Counted from the first letter of the whole stretch, positions 49,156 to 62,497 are shown. The stretch: 63,068 bases of DNA, filler included, from 11 parts of 11 records of this genome joined end to end with filler, not necessarily neighbours in it, one strand, 5' to 3'. Made by a program: numbers and translations. Notes: generated by a model from the letters alone, not told the origin.

Positions 49156-50379
49156 TTTCCGTGTCGGCCAGTGACACTGATAGCACCTACCGTAGCAGTT
49201 CCGTCCGTGAACTTCACTGCACCGACACCCGGTCGGTGTCGATGTGCACCGCGGCGTCTGAGCTGCTGTGATCGCACTTTTGCACCTGTCCGTCCGCGAT
49301 GGCCGGCAGCCGGCGCGCCGCCGCGCGCCGGCCGCCGCGCCCGAGCGCATGATCCGCGCGGCCGGCGCTTCGGAACCACCACGGCACCTGGGCACTGCGA
49401 TTACAGTACTAGATCTAGTATGCAAAACCACATGGCGACATGCTACTATATCTATAGTATCCTAAAAAACTATAGTATATATGCCTCTTGCCTGGATGGT
49501 CGTCATGACATGTGCCACTCCGCGCTGCCTACGCATGCAGGTACCGCGGTAGTAAATAGAAGTCAAACATGCACAGAAATGAGAAAACATGCAAATGCCA
49601 CTCATCACAACCGCGCGCGCGACAGTAGCGTCGACAGCGCGCGCCGCGCGCCGGACGCGACGTCGTGAGATGGGCGTCTCCCGCTAGCACGCCTGTGGGG
49701 GCTCGGAAGACCNNNNNNNNNNNNNNNNNNNNNNNNNNNNNNNNNNNNNNNNNNNNTTAATTAATTAANNNNNNNNNNNNNNNNNNNNNNNNNNNNNNNN
49801 NNNNNNNNNNNNAGAGCTAGGAGTTCGCCATATCAAGTTTGGTATAACTGCAAGTTGTACATTCCTCCAGATCACTGGGCGGTCGTGATGCACCTGAAAC
49901 GAACTACGAACTAGCACTTTTCTGCAGCGGGAGAAAGGTCCATAGGCTCAGAACATGTTTGCTTCTATGTAATACTCAAACGAATTTGCGCAGACTTGAG
50001 AAATGGACACCAGTTTCAAATGTGAGAATATGTACAAACCGTAGATTACAAGTCAAGGAATTTTCAGAGGCAGTAAGTCGTATTGCTGTATTGTGTCATT
50101 TCGACTTCTCAATACTGTCTCAATATGAGGTACTATGAAGTCTATATCTCAAAAACTCGGAGAAACACAATGCAGCAATGCGACTTCGCACCGGATTGTT
50201 TCGCGCGGTCACTGCGAGTGCATGACCGTGCCCGGCGCGCGCGCCGGCGGCCCGTACGCGCGCGCGGCGTATCGATACGTACGTGCGTCAGATATCTCAC
50301 CTTGCTTGAGCGTCGGTTACGTGTCGATGCTACCGCAAGGGCGGCGGCTTATGGATGGCTGATTGAATGAGTCGTCGAC

Positions 50380-51348
50380 ATGAAGCGTCGCTGCCCATCT
50401 CTTTCAGCTGACGAGCGTGCCAGCGCGACCACCACCCACATCACCAGGAGGAGGTCGCCACCGATCAAGAGGTCTCATGCATCCGTGTTGCAGACAGTTG
50501 TGTGTACAAGCGTCGCCGACGGGCGCACGCGCGAGCAGTGGGTGTCTGGGCAGCACGTCATCGCGCCTGGCGTTGGTGCGCGCGAATTCACGTTCATTAC
50601 GCGGCACCAGATGCTGGATGGCACGACCATTCCCACCATGACGCCCGCAGAAGTGCACACCGCGCTCGAACGATTGGACCTCGCCCCGCTGATTCCCACT
50701 GTCGTGACTAGTCCCGCTACTAGCGCCCCAGCTGTGTCATTGGAAGTGGCCGACCTCGGAGAGAAGGGCTGCGGGGTGCTGACTAACCGTGACGTGGCCG
50801 CTGGTGAGGCAGTGTGCGACTACGTCGGCGAGATTCTCAGCAAGCAAGAAGCTGCAGCGCGGCAGTCCGTATATGACGATGGACTTCGGCATCCAGGATT
50901 TCCGAGGCCGGCATCGGAAGGACCGACTCTCGAGGGTTGCGCCGAAGCGTGTGATGTTTATCGTGCAGATACTGCGGCAGTATCTGCAGCAGGGAGCAGC
51001 ACAAGACGAGGGATGAACTATCTGCTGGTATTGCTGGAGCATCTACCGACACGCACTGTCCGGACATCAGTCGACCCGACACACTTCGGTGGCGTGGCGG
51101 CATGCATCAACCATTCGTGTGCACCCAACTTGATACCCACTGTGGTGAGAGATGGCAGCATTGTACCGACGGTGCGGTTAGTTGCGTCAGTGCAAATCAC
51201 CGAAGGTGCAGAAATCACGTTCGACTACGGTGACCTCTACGACGACACTGAAGAGGCCAGATGCGTTGCAGCTGGTCCTACTAGCAAGCGGACACCATGT
51301 CTGTGCGGCGCTGAGAAGTGTCGAGGCTACCTACCGTTCGTGCCTTAG
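50380..51348 (+). CDS. SET + post-SET lysine methyltransferase (SUVR3/SETMAR-like), no clear pre-SET
   Basis: KGCGV, VCDYVGEIL, INHSCAPNL, EITFDYG, CLCGAEKCRGYLP. Confidence 0.88.
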   Translation: MKRRCPSLSADERASATTTHITRRRSPPIKRSHASVLQTVVCTSVADGRTREQWVSGQHVIAPGVGAREFTFITRHQMLDGTTIPTMTPAEVHTALERLDLAPLIPTVVTSPATSAPAVSLEVADLGEKGCGVLTNRDVAAGEAVCDYVGEILSKQEAAARQSVYDDGLRHPGFPRPASEGPTLEGCAEACDVYRADTAAVSAAGSSTRRGMNYLLVLLEHLPTRTVRTSVDPTHFGGVAACINHSCAPNLIPTVVRDGSIVPTVRLVASVQITEGAEITFDYGDLYDDTEEARCVAAGPTSKRTPCLCGAEKCRGYLPFVP

Positions 51349-51609
51349 GTACACTGCCTACGAGCAACGCGGTGAATGAAACGTCATGGCGTGATACTCA
51401 AAATAATCAAAATCGGATTTCTGTTGTGACGTAGCAGAATCTCCCAGGGACAGCGTTTCTTCAGCACAGTGTCGCTCATCCACATTGCACCATCCAGAGA
51501 GCCAAGCACAGGCATCACTCTGCAAACTGTCTGCTGCAGTCGTGTGGTCCATCAAGCAAATGAGCATATCGTCGGGGGTAGTTTAGAATTGATTGGAGCT
51601 TCGAGAGCT

Positions 51610-54600
51610 TTAGTTTCCGTTGAATTCAGCCTTCGAAAGCAGCTTAATCGTGGCTTCCCGCCTGATCCCGTAGTACGCCAGCGTCTTGCCCTCCTCATTT
51701 GCTAGCACAATCGGCTTGGCTGAACCGAGCCGGCCCAACGCGCTGTCGGCCAGGAAATCGTACGTCAGCACCTGCAGGTATCACAACACCGCCGCAGCAG
51801 CACAGTGAGGTGAAAATCTCTTACGAATATCGTCGACGCAAGAGCAGGAATGGCAATGATGATCAATGCAGAGCTAGCAGTTTGAACCAACGCACGATAT
51901 CGTTCGTAAACTCGCGGCCCTGTAGATCCCAGAGTTTCACAAGTACAGAATGGATGGTCTCATCCGATTCAACCCACAGAGTGAACTTCTTCCCCTTTGT
52001 GTTGACAAGGAATATTGGAAACTCGGGAGAAACTTTGGAGAATTTGGTAAAGTCGTCCTCGTTCCTGAGCGTTTCTAGCCGTTCATCCTGTCAGAACCCA
52101 GGCAACAAATCCAAACACCGAAATCAGTTGCAGCGTGTTGGTCGCTCAGATCGACTACTATGTGGCATCTGTTCGCCACTCAGAGAGGAGCAAGACAGAT
52201 CATGCGAGTAACATTCACGCACCTCAGCCTTTTTCTCCTGATGTTCTGTCAGCTCCGCAGTGCAGTTGTCCAAACCTCGACGCAGCCTCATGCCCAACTC
52301 CTTGCTCTGGAAGTCCAATGCCAGCCCGGCCTCAAACTCGGCAATCGCTACCTCGAAATACTGGCCTTCCAAAACATCGGTAGGATCCGCATGGATCGCA
52401 GCAGTAGCGGTGGCTATGGCAGCCAGACGGCAGGCTTCCTGAAAGTGAACCTCAGCTTGTTCCCTATTGTCAGTAGGTACAGAGTGGTCAGAAGGCGTTT
52501 TTCGATTGATAAAGTTTTAAAAACTAATGTCGTTTCGGCAAAGAAAAGAGCACAGCAGGATTGTCCCCGCCATTGTTCATAATATGCTGTCGTTCTCACC
52601 GTGCTGTGTCTCGCTTGGAAATGGAGACCTCAGCTCCCTCCAATGCTGCCTTCAGCTCTGCTGTTAGGTCCTCGTCATGCGTGCCTTTCACAGCTAGACC
52701 AGCAGCAAAGGTCTCGATGGCCGACTCCCATTGTCTCTTTTTTCTCATGGTCTCACCCTGCCTGAGCTTCAACCGAGCTGATTCGACAGCACTTGCCAAC
52801 GCTGCTTTCGCCTTCTCAACGCCATTCTATCCCAAGCAAACAGTGACAATGGTGTTCATTCATATCAAACCAAAAATAACAAACGGGTTTGACTGGAGAT
52901 TGCGATTTCTGACATTCATCTAAGGCTCAAGGCGTGTTCAAGAAACACATCAGGCAGGAAATTTCCTCTCACCACGTAGGTCTGCGTTAAACCAGTATCG
53001 TTCACGTCGAACGTCAATGCAAGTTCGTACTCCTGAATTGCCCCCATATGGTCAAACTCTGCCATGCATGCCTCAGCTGCAGTGACGTGCACCACAGCTT
53101 CCTTGCGGGCAGCCTCCTGAGCTGCCAGGGCTTCCTGCCCCTTGACCAGAGCTGTTTCCAGTGACTGCTGCAGCTCCTCGCTCTGAATATCTAGCAGCAA
53201 GCCAGCTTCAAAGGCCGAAATAGCCTTCGCATATTCGCGAGACGACAATAGCGCATCACCCCTCCTGAGAAAATCTTCTGCTTCAGTGCGTGCCTTGTTG
53301 CGAGCGCTCATTGCCTGGACTGCGGACTCCAGTGCGGCGTGCAATGCTGACCTACACTCCTCATCGTGAACCCCGTCTACTGCCAGACCTGCAGTGAAGA
53401 GGTCAATTGCTAACTCCCAATTCTTCTCTACTACTTCAGCCTCGCCTTCCACACGCTTAGAGTTCGCCGCCTCCACAGCGCGAGCCAGTGCCACCTGTGC
53501 TGCCTTTGCATCCTCCACGCCGGTCTGATATCTCGCCTTCAACTCGTCGCTATTCACGTCGAGTGTTAGTGCAGCTTCGTACCCAGCGATCGCTTCCGCA
53601 TGATTGTGTGTTTCCATGCACCCCTGCGCATACAATACTTTCTTGTTTGCCTCCGCGCGAGCTTCCTCCTGTGCAGCTAGGCCATCCTTTGCAGAGCTCA
53701 GAACCCCGTTCAGGCGCTCTGTCAGCTCGTCACTCTGTGTGTCTAGCACTAGCGCCATCTCGAGTCCCTCAATCGAAGGCTCATATGATCGACTGGACAG
53801 CATACCAGAAGCATCTGACAACAGTCCTTCCGCCTTCTCACGCGCAGAGTCGCGCGCAGTTTTGAAGTCCTGGGCGGTCTTCAGCGCAGAGGTTAAATTG
53901 GCTGTCAGCTCGTCATCATGAGTACCTTCGACTGCCAAACCGGCTGTATACTTTTCGATAGCAACTTCCCAGTTCTGCTCATCGGCCGCCGTCTCGCCGT
54001 CCACAAACAGCTCTTCTGCTTGCTCCACAGCGGCAGCCATCGCCGCCTGTGCCGCTACCAACCCGTCCTGATATTTCGCCGTCAGCTTTGCACTGTTCAC
54101 GTCGAGGACGATGGCCTTCTCGTATGCACTGATCGCGCCCTTATGATTGTGCAATGCCATGCAGCTCTCTGCTGCCGCTTCATACTCAGAAGCCTGCGCA
54201 CGAGCTCTTTCTTGGGCGTCGAAGCCAGACTTCGCCGGCTCCAGCGACACCTCCAGTCTTCCTGTCAGGTCTTCGCTCTGCGTATCCAGCGCTAAGCCCG
54301 TTTCAAATGCCGCAATAGCCCTCTGGTAGTCTCGCGTCGAGAGCAACTCCTTGCCGTTCACCAGGTAGTCTTCTGCTGCCTGTCGCGCAGCGTTGCGAGC
54401 GCTGAGCGAGGCCTCGGCAGCTTCCAGCGCTGCGCTCAGGGCAGCGGTCAGCTCAGCATCATGCGTGCCTTTGACCGCTAGACCCACAGTGAACATCCTG
54501 ATCGCAGACTCCCAGTTGTACTCTCCCATGGCGCTTTCACCCGCTTTGAGCTCGGCCTTCGCCGCCTCGATCGCATCCGCCATGGCGGCCTTGGCCGCTG

Positions 54601-55147
54601 CCACACCCTCCGCATAGCTGGTTGACAGGGTGGTCTGATTCACGTCCAGCCCCACCGCAGCTTGGTACGCGGCGATCGCACCCTCGTGATCCCGCGCTAC
54701 CATGCACGCCTCGGCAGCTGCTACGAGCCCCTCTGCCTCCGCGCGAGCTTTCTGCTGTGCAGCCAGGCCGGCCTGTGCAGCGGCTAGCCCGCGCTCCAGT
54801 CGACTCGTCAGGCGCGGGCTCATCAGCCCCGGATATCCGTCCGGGTTGGTCTCAAGCGCGATCCCCTCTTCGAAGGCCGCGATCGCCGCCGGATAGTCAC
54901 GTTGATCCAGCGCCTTCTGACCTGCTACTGCGCAGTGCTGTTCGGCCTTCTCGCGCCCCTCGTCGCGCTTGACTTTTTTGATCCTCGCGCCGTCAAGCTG
55001 CTCGCGCAAGGCTTTCCGCGGCGCGTCCAGCGTCGCCATGTCTGGAAGGAGTTCGAGCGCGGTCTGCAGACCGTCGATCTCGGCCTGCAGGTCATCCGTC
55101 TCGGGCAGCTCCACATCCTCCTCCGGCTCGGGCTCCGGCTCAGGCTC
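51610..55147 (-). CDS. Large TPR-like repeat protein with a C-terminal ubiquitin-like domain (5' truncated)
   Basis: About 13 helical repeats of about 50 aa. The last two exons give IFLVNTKGKKFTLWVESDETIHSVLVKL..EEGKTLAYYGIRREATIKLL. Confidence 0.82.
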
Positions 55148-55587
55148 NNNNNNNNNNNNNNNNNNNNNNNNNNNNNNNNNNNNNNNNNNNNTTAATTAAT
55201 TAANNNNNNNNNNNNNNNNNNNNNNNNNNNNNNNNNNNNNNNNNNNNCGTGGGAATGTCCGATTTTGCCGTTCTGTGCTTTTCGGAATCCTAAGGAGAAA
55301 TCACTGAGAAATACAGTCCCCAGGTTCGCTCACCTCGGATCCGATGCTTTCTGAGGGGATTAGATCATGAAAGCAGTACATATGTGATATAATATAGCCG
55401 GTCCTTCTTGATCATGCATGCCTCCTTGTCCGGAGAGGCGGTGGAAGCTTACCAACCCGGAAGGACCCGAAAATCAATTGATTGTTCGCGCGGGCGCCGC
55501 GCGCCGCCGGCGCGCGGTTTGGTTTTTTTTCGCGACCCGTCGCCGGTCCCGCCACGCGATCGCGACGGACGGGCTGGCGTGGGGAGG

Positions 55588-58500
55588 ATGTGGGTTCCCT
55601 CTATCCTGTGGTTGGCTGTGCTGCAGCTGTTCAACTCGCAGCCGACAGCTGGGCTCGACAATGGGCTGGCGCGCACACCGCCGTGCGTATCCCCATGTGG
55701 TCGCTCTGTTTTGCCCCCTGCTGACCAGTAGTAGTACATGCGCATCTTCGACACCGTCCATGCGAAGTACCTGCATCGCTGCGAGCTGCTGCTGCGCCAC
55801 CACTGTGTCGCCAGCTATCAGCGCCTGCCGGGCGCACTCCACCGTGCGGATTATATACATGTGCATTCAGAACAGGTTTTCGTTGCAAAGTGCATGGCTC
55901 AGCCGGCACCCCGCCACCTGTGCAAGGGTCACAGTCCGTCCGCTTGTCCGATCAGTGTGCTGTCCCGTAGCCGATGTTGACCAACTCGTGTCCACACCAA
56001 TACATGCAGTTGTCCGCGCATGTGCAATGTCCGCGCGATTGTGCCTTGCTCAATGATAGCGAAAATGTCCATGTCCGTGCGCATTGCATTTATATTCCGG
56101 AGCGAGTCGTTGCACAGTGGCTCTCGCTGCACCCCGCCGCCGCCTTCCACCAAATGTGACGCCTCCATCGACCGCATGCGTGGACGCTGCTGTGCGCAGA
56201 ATGGGTTGGCGTTCATGGGAGGCGTTTTACATGGGCGTGGACGAAGAGAAGATGATGGCGACCATCGATGCCATAGTCGACCGCTCCCGCGACGGCGTCT
56301 CGCTGGCCGATCTCGGCTTCTCGGACGTTGGCCTGGACGCTGGGTTCGAGGACTGCGGCTCGCGCGAGGTGGGCGGGCGGCCAGCGTTCCACGGGCCCGA
56401 CGGCCATGTCCTAGTGGACAAACACAAGTTTCCGTCAGGCCTAGGTTCCCTGGTCGAGTACGGTCACAAGCACGGCCTCACCGTCTCGTGGTACGGCAAT
56501 GCCTGCGCGTGCAGCAGCGAGAACGCCTACAACGACAGCACATCGCCAACGATCTCGCAGGCGATCGCGGGAACCGTAGCGGACACCGTGAAATACAAGT
56601 TCGATGGCTTAAAACTCGACTCCTGTTCTCAATTCAATAATATGACACGTTGGGCAGACGAGTTGAACAAGACGGGGCACAAGGTGCTGCTAGAGAACTG
56701 CCACCAGGTACGCGCGCTGGCTTTGTCCATATCATTTGACTTCGTCGCACCTCTTTCTGACATGTTGCTGTTTTCTCGCAACTGCCCACCAGGGAGGGTT
56801 AGTGCCAGGGCAGGTGATGCCCGGGCAGGACTGCAAAGGGGAGGGCCCAGGACCCTCAGATTGTCCTTACCATGTGTTCCGCACCTCTGATGACGTGTAC
56901 AACCATTACGAAAACATCGTCAATAACATCAACAGCGTCACCCCCTACCTTACACAAGCGGACAGCGATGTCCCACCGCCACGCTCAAGACCTGGAGCGT
57001 GGGGATACCCAGACATGCTCGAGACTGGAAATCTTGGCTGCGGTGCGCTACAAGTTGCTCCCTCTCTCCTCTCATCCCACTCTTTGGCTAAATTTCTGTC
57101 ACCGCTTCTTGGTTCAGTCCAGCGTTTTGTGCTGTCTGGTGCGATATAACAATCGAGTTGCTTTATGCATTTCCATGCGTCTGTGGTTACATTGTGCTTC
57201 CGCAGCAACGGGCAAAAGCTGCAACCTAACGACGGCACCGACAGAAGATCGTACTCAGTTCGGGATGTGGGCGATCGTTTCGAGCCCTCTGATTCTGGTG
57301 GGTTATCTAGCTGATCTCATACATTCACATCGACCTACGCCACAATCAAATAATCAGTATCGTCACCCGCCCTACCGTAGCTCACCCATTGGCCTTGCTC
57401 TGTTTCACAGAGCGTCGATTTGACGAACAAGGCTATGCTCGACCGCATTTGGCCAATTCTTTCCAACAAAGAGGCGGTACGCATGAATGTGACGACGACA
57501 CGATTGTGTTTATTCCTGCAGTTCGGCTGCGATGATTAACTGATTTGTGCACTGCGGTGATCGCATTGCTGTACGCGCACGCAACGTGTGCAGATTGCGG
57601 TGAATCAGCACTGGAATGGCTCTCCTGGTCAGCTCTTGCTTACAGACCAAGTGACATACCCAAGCCCACTGAACGCGAAGGGGTTTTACGAATATCCAGG
57701 GCAGCTAGGTCAAGCCCGAGGCTGGAAGAACGTGCGAAGAATATCACCCATTGTGTCGAGGTTATGCAGGGCCACAGTCCATCCGCTTGTCCGATCAGTG
57801 TGCTGTGCTTTAGCCAATATTGACCAACATGTCCACATCAGTACATGCGGCTGTGCGCACATTTGTATTGCCCACGCGATTGTGGCTTGCTCGATGGTGG
57901 CTACAATGCCCATGCCCGTGCGTGTGCGCGTGAGTGAATTCGGCTGACAACACGTGCACGGTTACACCCTCATACGCAGGTTCCTGGGATGGGGAAAGCC
58001 AGCAACGATTGCGTAGATGAGTGGACTGGGGGTGCCTGTACTCATCACTACATGACGCTGGGTGGAGGGCCGATGAAGATGACGGTTGATCGCGCGGACG
58101 ACTGGTGCAACCATAACAGCAGCTGCCACGGCTTTACATTCCAGACAAATGCTACTGGCGAGACGGACATCTATTTCCGTGATGAAACGCAGATCTTCTT
58201 CATGGATTCGCAGCTGAGCAGTTTGACTGGGCCACTCGGCCAATCTCAGTGGACTAGCCATGTCAGCAAGGCGCGCGCCCCTCCACTTTCCAAACCACAC
58301 TGCGGCAATGCTGTTGATGGTGGAGTTGGTGGAGGTAGCCCAGGGTCCAGCGTCTGTACCTCAGGGATCCAGATCTGGGTGAAGGATCTCTCTAGTCCAG
58401 GTAATGAGTATCAGCGTCATGATGAAGATCGAGAGATTCAGCAAGAGGAGAACGGTGCTGCTCTTGCGCTGTTGCTCGTCAACCACGACGAGACAACACT

Positions 58501-58753
58501 CTCGGAGTACAGCCTCGAGATCAGTCAGCTACCGAATTACTTCAAACATGGGGGCAAGCCACTCGAAGTGCGAGACGTTTGGCGGCAAGAAACGTTGCCG
58601 TACAGCGTGGGTGGAGATGTGCAAGAAGCTGGAGTGGGTGCGAAATCGACACCTTTGACGTTCAAGAATGTAGCGTCGCACGACAGCGTTTTCTATGTGT
58701 TGAGGCCGACGACAGCTACGACGGCGACAATGACGACGACGCAAACATTTTAA
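55588..58753 (+). CDS. Secreted GH27 alpha-galactosidase-family enzyme, 7 exons
   Basis: LDNGLARTPP|MGWRSW, LKLDSC (nucleophile), FRTSDD (acid/base), SRPGAWGYPDMLETG, QFGMWAIVSSPLIL, IAVNQ. Confidence 0.93.
55921..56087 (-). repeat. Intronic repeat, copy 1 (GH27 intron 1)
   Basis: Aligns over about 165 nt with 57765-57928, including the exact block tccgcttgtccgatcagtgtgctgt. Confidence 0.9.
57765..57928 (-). repeat. Intronic repeat, copy 2 (GH27 last intron)
   Basis: Diverged same-orientation homolog of 55921-56087. Confidence 0.9.
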
Positions 58754-60023
58754 GCAACGCTGAGAGATGTGACTATCTACAGATGTGAAGCAACGCATGC
58801 GTTATCCGCCACGACGCTAGCCCGACGACGAGTTGCAAACGCTGCTGACATCAATGTGCGAGTCAATAATCAATGCAATTGAGCTCCGAGACCCATTAGA
58901 GTAAAACAAGAGAGGCATACCGTGAGGAACGTCTTTATCCACCCGTAGTATGACGGCCAGGCAACGCAATGTACCAGTGGATGCTAGTCCCATTCAATAG
59001 CTTTCGGTGATGTAGCAATCCATACAGATACCTACACGGACGAGCAGCGATAACGGATGCGCATTGGCTCACGCCAACGGTCGTTCCCACGCCAGCCATA
59101 TCTAATGGCAGCTCCTCAGCCTGCCCGGGCGCTCAGCACGTCGCCTGCAAGCACACNNNNNNNNNNNNNNNNNNNNNNNNNNNNNNNNNNNNNNNNNNNN
59201 TTAATTAATTAANNNNNNNNNNNNNNNNNNNNNNNNNNNNNNNNNNNNNNNNNNNNGGGGGGGGGGGGGAGAGAGAGAGAGAGAGATCAAGCACTGCTGG
59301 TTGGTCGCAACGTGTCGCATCGTATCCTGCCTCCACAGAGAGCCAGCTGACCAAGACATGCACTGCTGGTCGCATCTTATCGTGTCGCCCTCGGGAGTGT
59401 ACCGCCGTGTACACACAGCGTGGCAGCGTGGCAGTCGGTGGCCCTCCCTCCCTCGCTGGCTGCTGCAGGGGGACGTCACGTACGTTGTTGTGTGAGGTTG
59501 GGCAGGCGCCCATGCGCGTGGTCGAGTTGTACATCGCCTGCGTGCGCCCCGAGTGCTCCCCCGCCATACAGCACCCACCTCACTCAACAGTGGTGAGGGA
59601 AGGGGCGAAACAGGCGACCAATTTTCGCCACTCAATTGTATGGCTGAAACACTGCGCGGCACCGCCCGCCGGCGGCGCCGGCGCCGCGCGCGCGCGCGTT
59701 TCGCACCACGCCATTGCCGCCGCCGCGGCGAGGCTGCTGGTTGGTCAGCAGTTGACGTGATTAAAAGTCATTAGGAATTCCGCTAGTACAATGCAGAATG
59801 CTATTCAGAAGATGATCTACGTGGACCTTCAAACATGACTTCAAACTCCAAATCGGCGTGTACAGTCGGCGTACCTGGGCACTTCGCGAATTTGCGGGTA
59901 AAAGAAAAATCGCCTCCACTGAATTGATGATCCATCGCGTAACATTCATAAGCGCGCCTTATTGGTGCCTCGTGGCGTGGAGGGGCCGCAGGCTGACGGA
60001 GAGGGACCGACGAGACGGCACCC

Positions 60024-62186
60024 ATGCCCCCCTCGCTGAGCGGGATGTTATTCGCTGCGCAGGCCGCATTGATGTCCCTGCAAGCCAAAGCCACCATAAT
60101 GACGGGGGCCTCAGGGACTGAAGCCATACGCACTGATGCTGGCAGCGCTGCGCCGCCGTTCCATGTGGCCGACTGCCACGCCGACCCGCAGCGCGCGCTC
60201 ACCACGGCACGGGATGCAGTCCGCCACAGCCGGGAGGGACATGCGGGGGGCGTCGCCAACGCTCTAGTCGTGGTGCGCGCTTGTATATAAGTCGTGCAGA
60301 TCGGGCGCCTCTCAGCTTGAGTGCTCTGACAGTCTGTCGTGCTCGCGCAGCAGGTGCGCGGGGTTTGCAGGCTGTCAGCGCCACTCGTGCTGGGACCGCT
60401 GGACAGCCACGTCCGCTGGGAAGGCGGCGCTGTCAGCGGCGGTGTGGAGGTCAGCGGCTGGAAAGAGGCGTTCCGCGCGCCTTGTGCGGGGTGTGGCGCT
60501 GTGTGGGTGGCAGATCTACCAGCTGTGACCGGCCCTGCGCGCCAGCTGTGGGTCAATGGCGTCAGGGCCAACCGAACGCAGATGCGCTTCCCGCAGCAGG
60601 CCGCTGTGAAGACCAACACGGGCATGAACACAACAGTCGGTGCGAACTGGACGCGAGCAGCAGCAATCGAGATGGTCTACGCGGGGAATCAGTTCTGCCT
60701 TGGCAAGGCCCTGCGGAATCCATCCTCGCCCAACTTTTTCACGTGGCAGCGGGTCCCTGTGACTGCAGTCCACGACACGGAGATCGTGCTCTCGCCGACA
60801 GCCCTATCTCACATCCCGCTGGTACCACGGCAAGCTGAGCTCGGCCTGCCATGTTGGGTCGAGAATGTATTCGAGCTGCTTGGCGACAACAGCACTGGGC
60901 GTGTGGGTGATTACTACCACGACTTGACTGCCCAGAAGCTCTACTACGTCTCACCAGACGCCCCGAGTGGTGTGGTACTCCCGCAGACTAGCGCGCTTAT
61001 CACCTTGAAGAACGCCACGGGGGTCAGCTTCGCCAATACAACATTCATGGATACGACGTGGCTGTTCGGAGAGGACGGGTACACACAGATCCAAGCTGGC
61101 TGTACGAATCGTAAAGATCGACTTGCAGTTGCCCCAGCCGACGAAGATCCTAGCACCGTTTGTCTTCCGACTCCAGCAGCAGTGGAGGTCGTAGGCTCAC
61201 GAGAGATCTATTTCAGTGGTTGCACGTTTCGAAATCTTGGGACGACCGGAGTGCACTTCTCTGGCGGAGCGCACGATAATGCCGTGTCTCGCAGCCAGTT
61301 CTTTGATCTCTCCGCATCCGCGGTGTTATTTGGTAGCGTCAACACGTACAACATTTCAGACCCAAAACAGCAAGACGCTGGGCTCATGGTGGCAGACTGT
61401 ACGATTCACAATGTGGGACACGAGTACCCAGGCAACTGCGGTATCACAGCGTACTACAGCCGCGGTTTGCGCATCTTGCACAACGAAATCTACGATATCC
61501 CTTACACCGGCATCTCAGTCGGTTGGGGTTGGGACTTCACTCAGCAAAAGACATGGCCACGTATGCCTTGGGATAGTGACAATGTCATCGCGGGCAACGA
61601 TATCCACCACGTGATGACCCGACTGGGCGATGGCGGAATGATTTATACCCTCGGGCCTCAAGGCAACCGGCCTTTTCTCCGACCTAACGGTGGAGGGAGC
61701 AGCGACTACCCACCAGAGCCTGAAGCGCCACTACAGATCCTCCCGATGTCGCAGATATTAAACAACTACCTGCACGACAACGGGCCCAGTTCGTCGTCTA
61801 GTGGGGGGCAGAAGGTCAAAGCCTTGTACTCAGACGCCGGCTCAACAAACTGGAATATTTCTGGCAACGTGATCGAAAACAACGCAGGGCCAAACTTCGT
61901 GTGGATGAGTGGCTGTCGGGAAGCTTCCATCAACAACAGCTGGTCGGACAACTCATACTCGTGCACGGTCGTCCACGGCAAAACCCTCGGGCCACATGGC
62001 CGTATCTCTGAGTGCTGTGACTCGGGATGCTCCGGCTGGAGAAACAATGACACAATATGCCCACTCAATCGCTCAGACCTAAACGGTCACTTCACTTCCG
62101 GTACAACAAATTATACAGGGCAGACTATGCCAGCTGCCGCGAAGGCAACAGCGGCAGCTGCCGGTCCGCGCCGTCGCCGTGTGTAG
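60024..62186 (+). CDS. Right-handed beta-helix carbohydrate-active protein (GH141-like), 2 exons
   Basis: VSGGVEVSGW, RQLWVNGVRA, WVENVFELL..GDYYHD..LYY, HNEIYDIPYTGISVGWGW, LGDGGMIYTLG; intron about 60273-60353. Confidence 0.78.
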
Positions 62187-62441
62187 GTATTCGTTTATAA
62201 ATGATGACAAAATCAGTTCTGGTGAGGGCAGAAGGTGCACTAATCCACGACGCCATCACCAACAACGCACGGGCAGCTTATTGCCGTGCGCGCGAACCAC
62301 GCGAGCACGCGCGACGCCGGTCCAGTCGGCCGGTTCTCTTGTACGATCCCTTCTCGCCTGGATCGCGTAAGCCGTGCGGCCGAGCACCAGGTGCTTCCAC
62401 GAAGTTTGTCAGTATCAGATTTCGAACGTCACATGGTCATG

Positions 62442-62497
62442 TACTCATGCACTGCTACTCATGCACTGTTACCCATGCACTGTTACTACTCATGCAC
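62442..62497. repeat. 14-bp minisatellite, about 4 copies
   Basis: tactcatgcactgc tactcatgcactgt tacccatgcactgt tac tactcatgcac. Confidence 0.85.

Noticed and set aside
50380-51348. SETMAR-type transposase fusion
   Set aside because: The ORF stops right after post-SET and no transposase follows.
7925-59256. Ten TTAATTAATTAA motifs flanked by N, as a repeat or CRISPR-like array
   Set aside because: They are identical 100-nt synthetic linkers with six-frame stops, not biological sequence.
45868-62186. GH2, GH27 and GH141-like genes as a polysaccharide-utilisation cluster
   Set aside because: They lie on different contigs separated by spacers.
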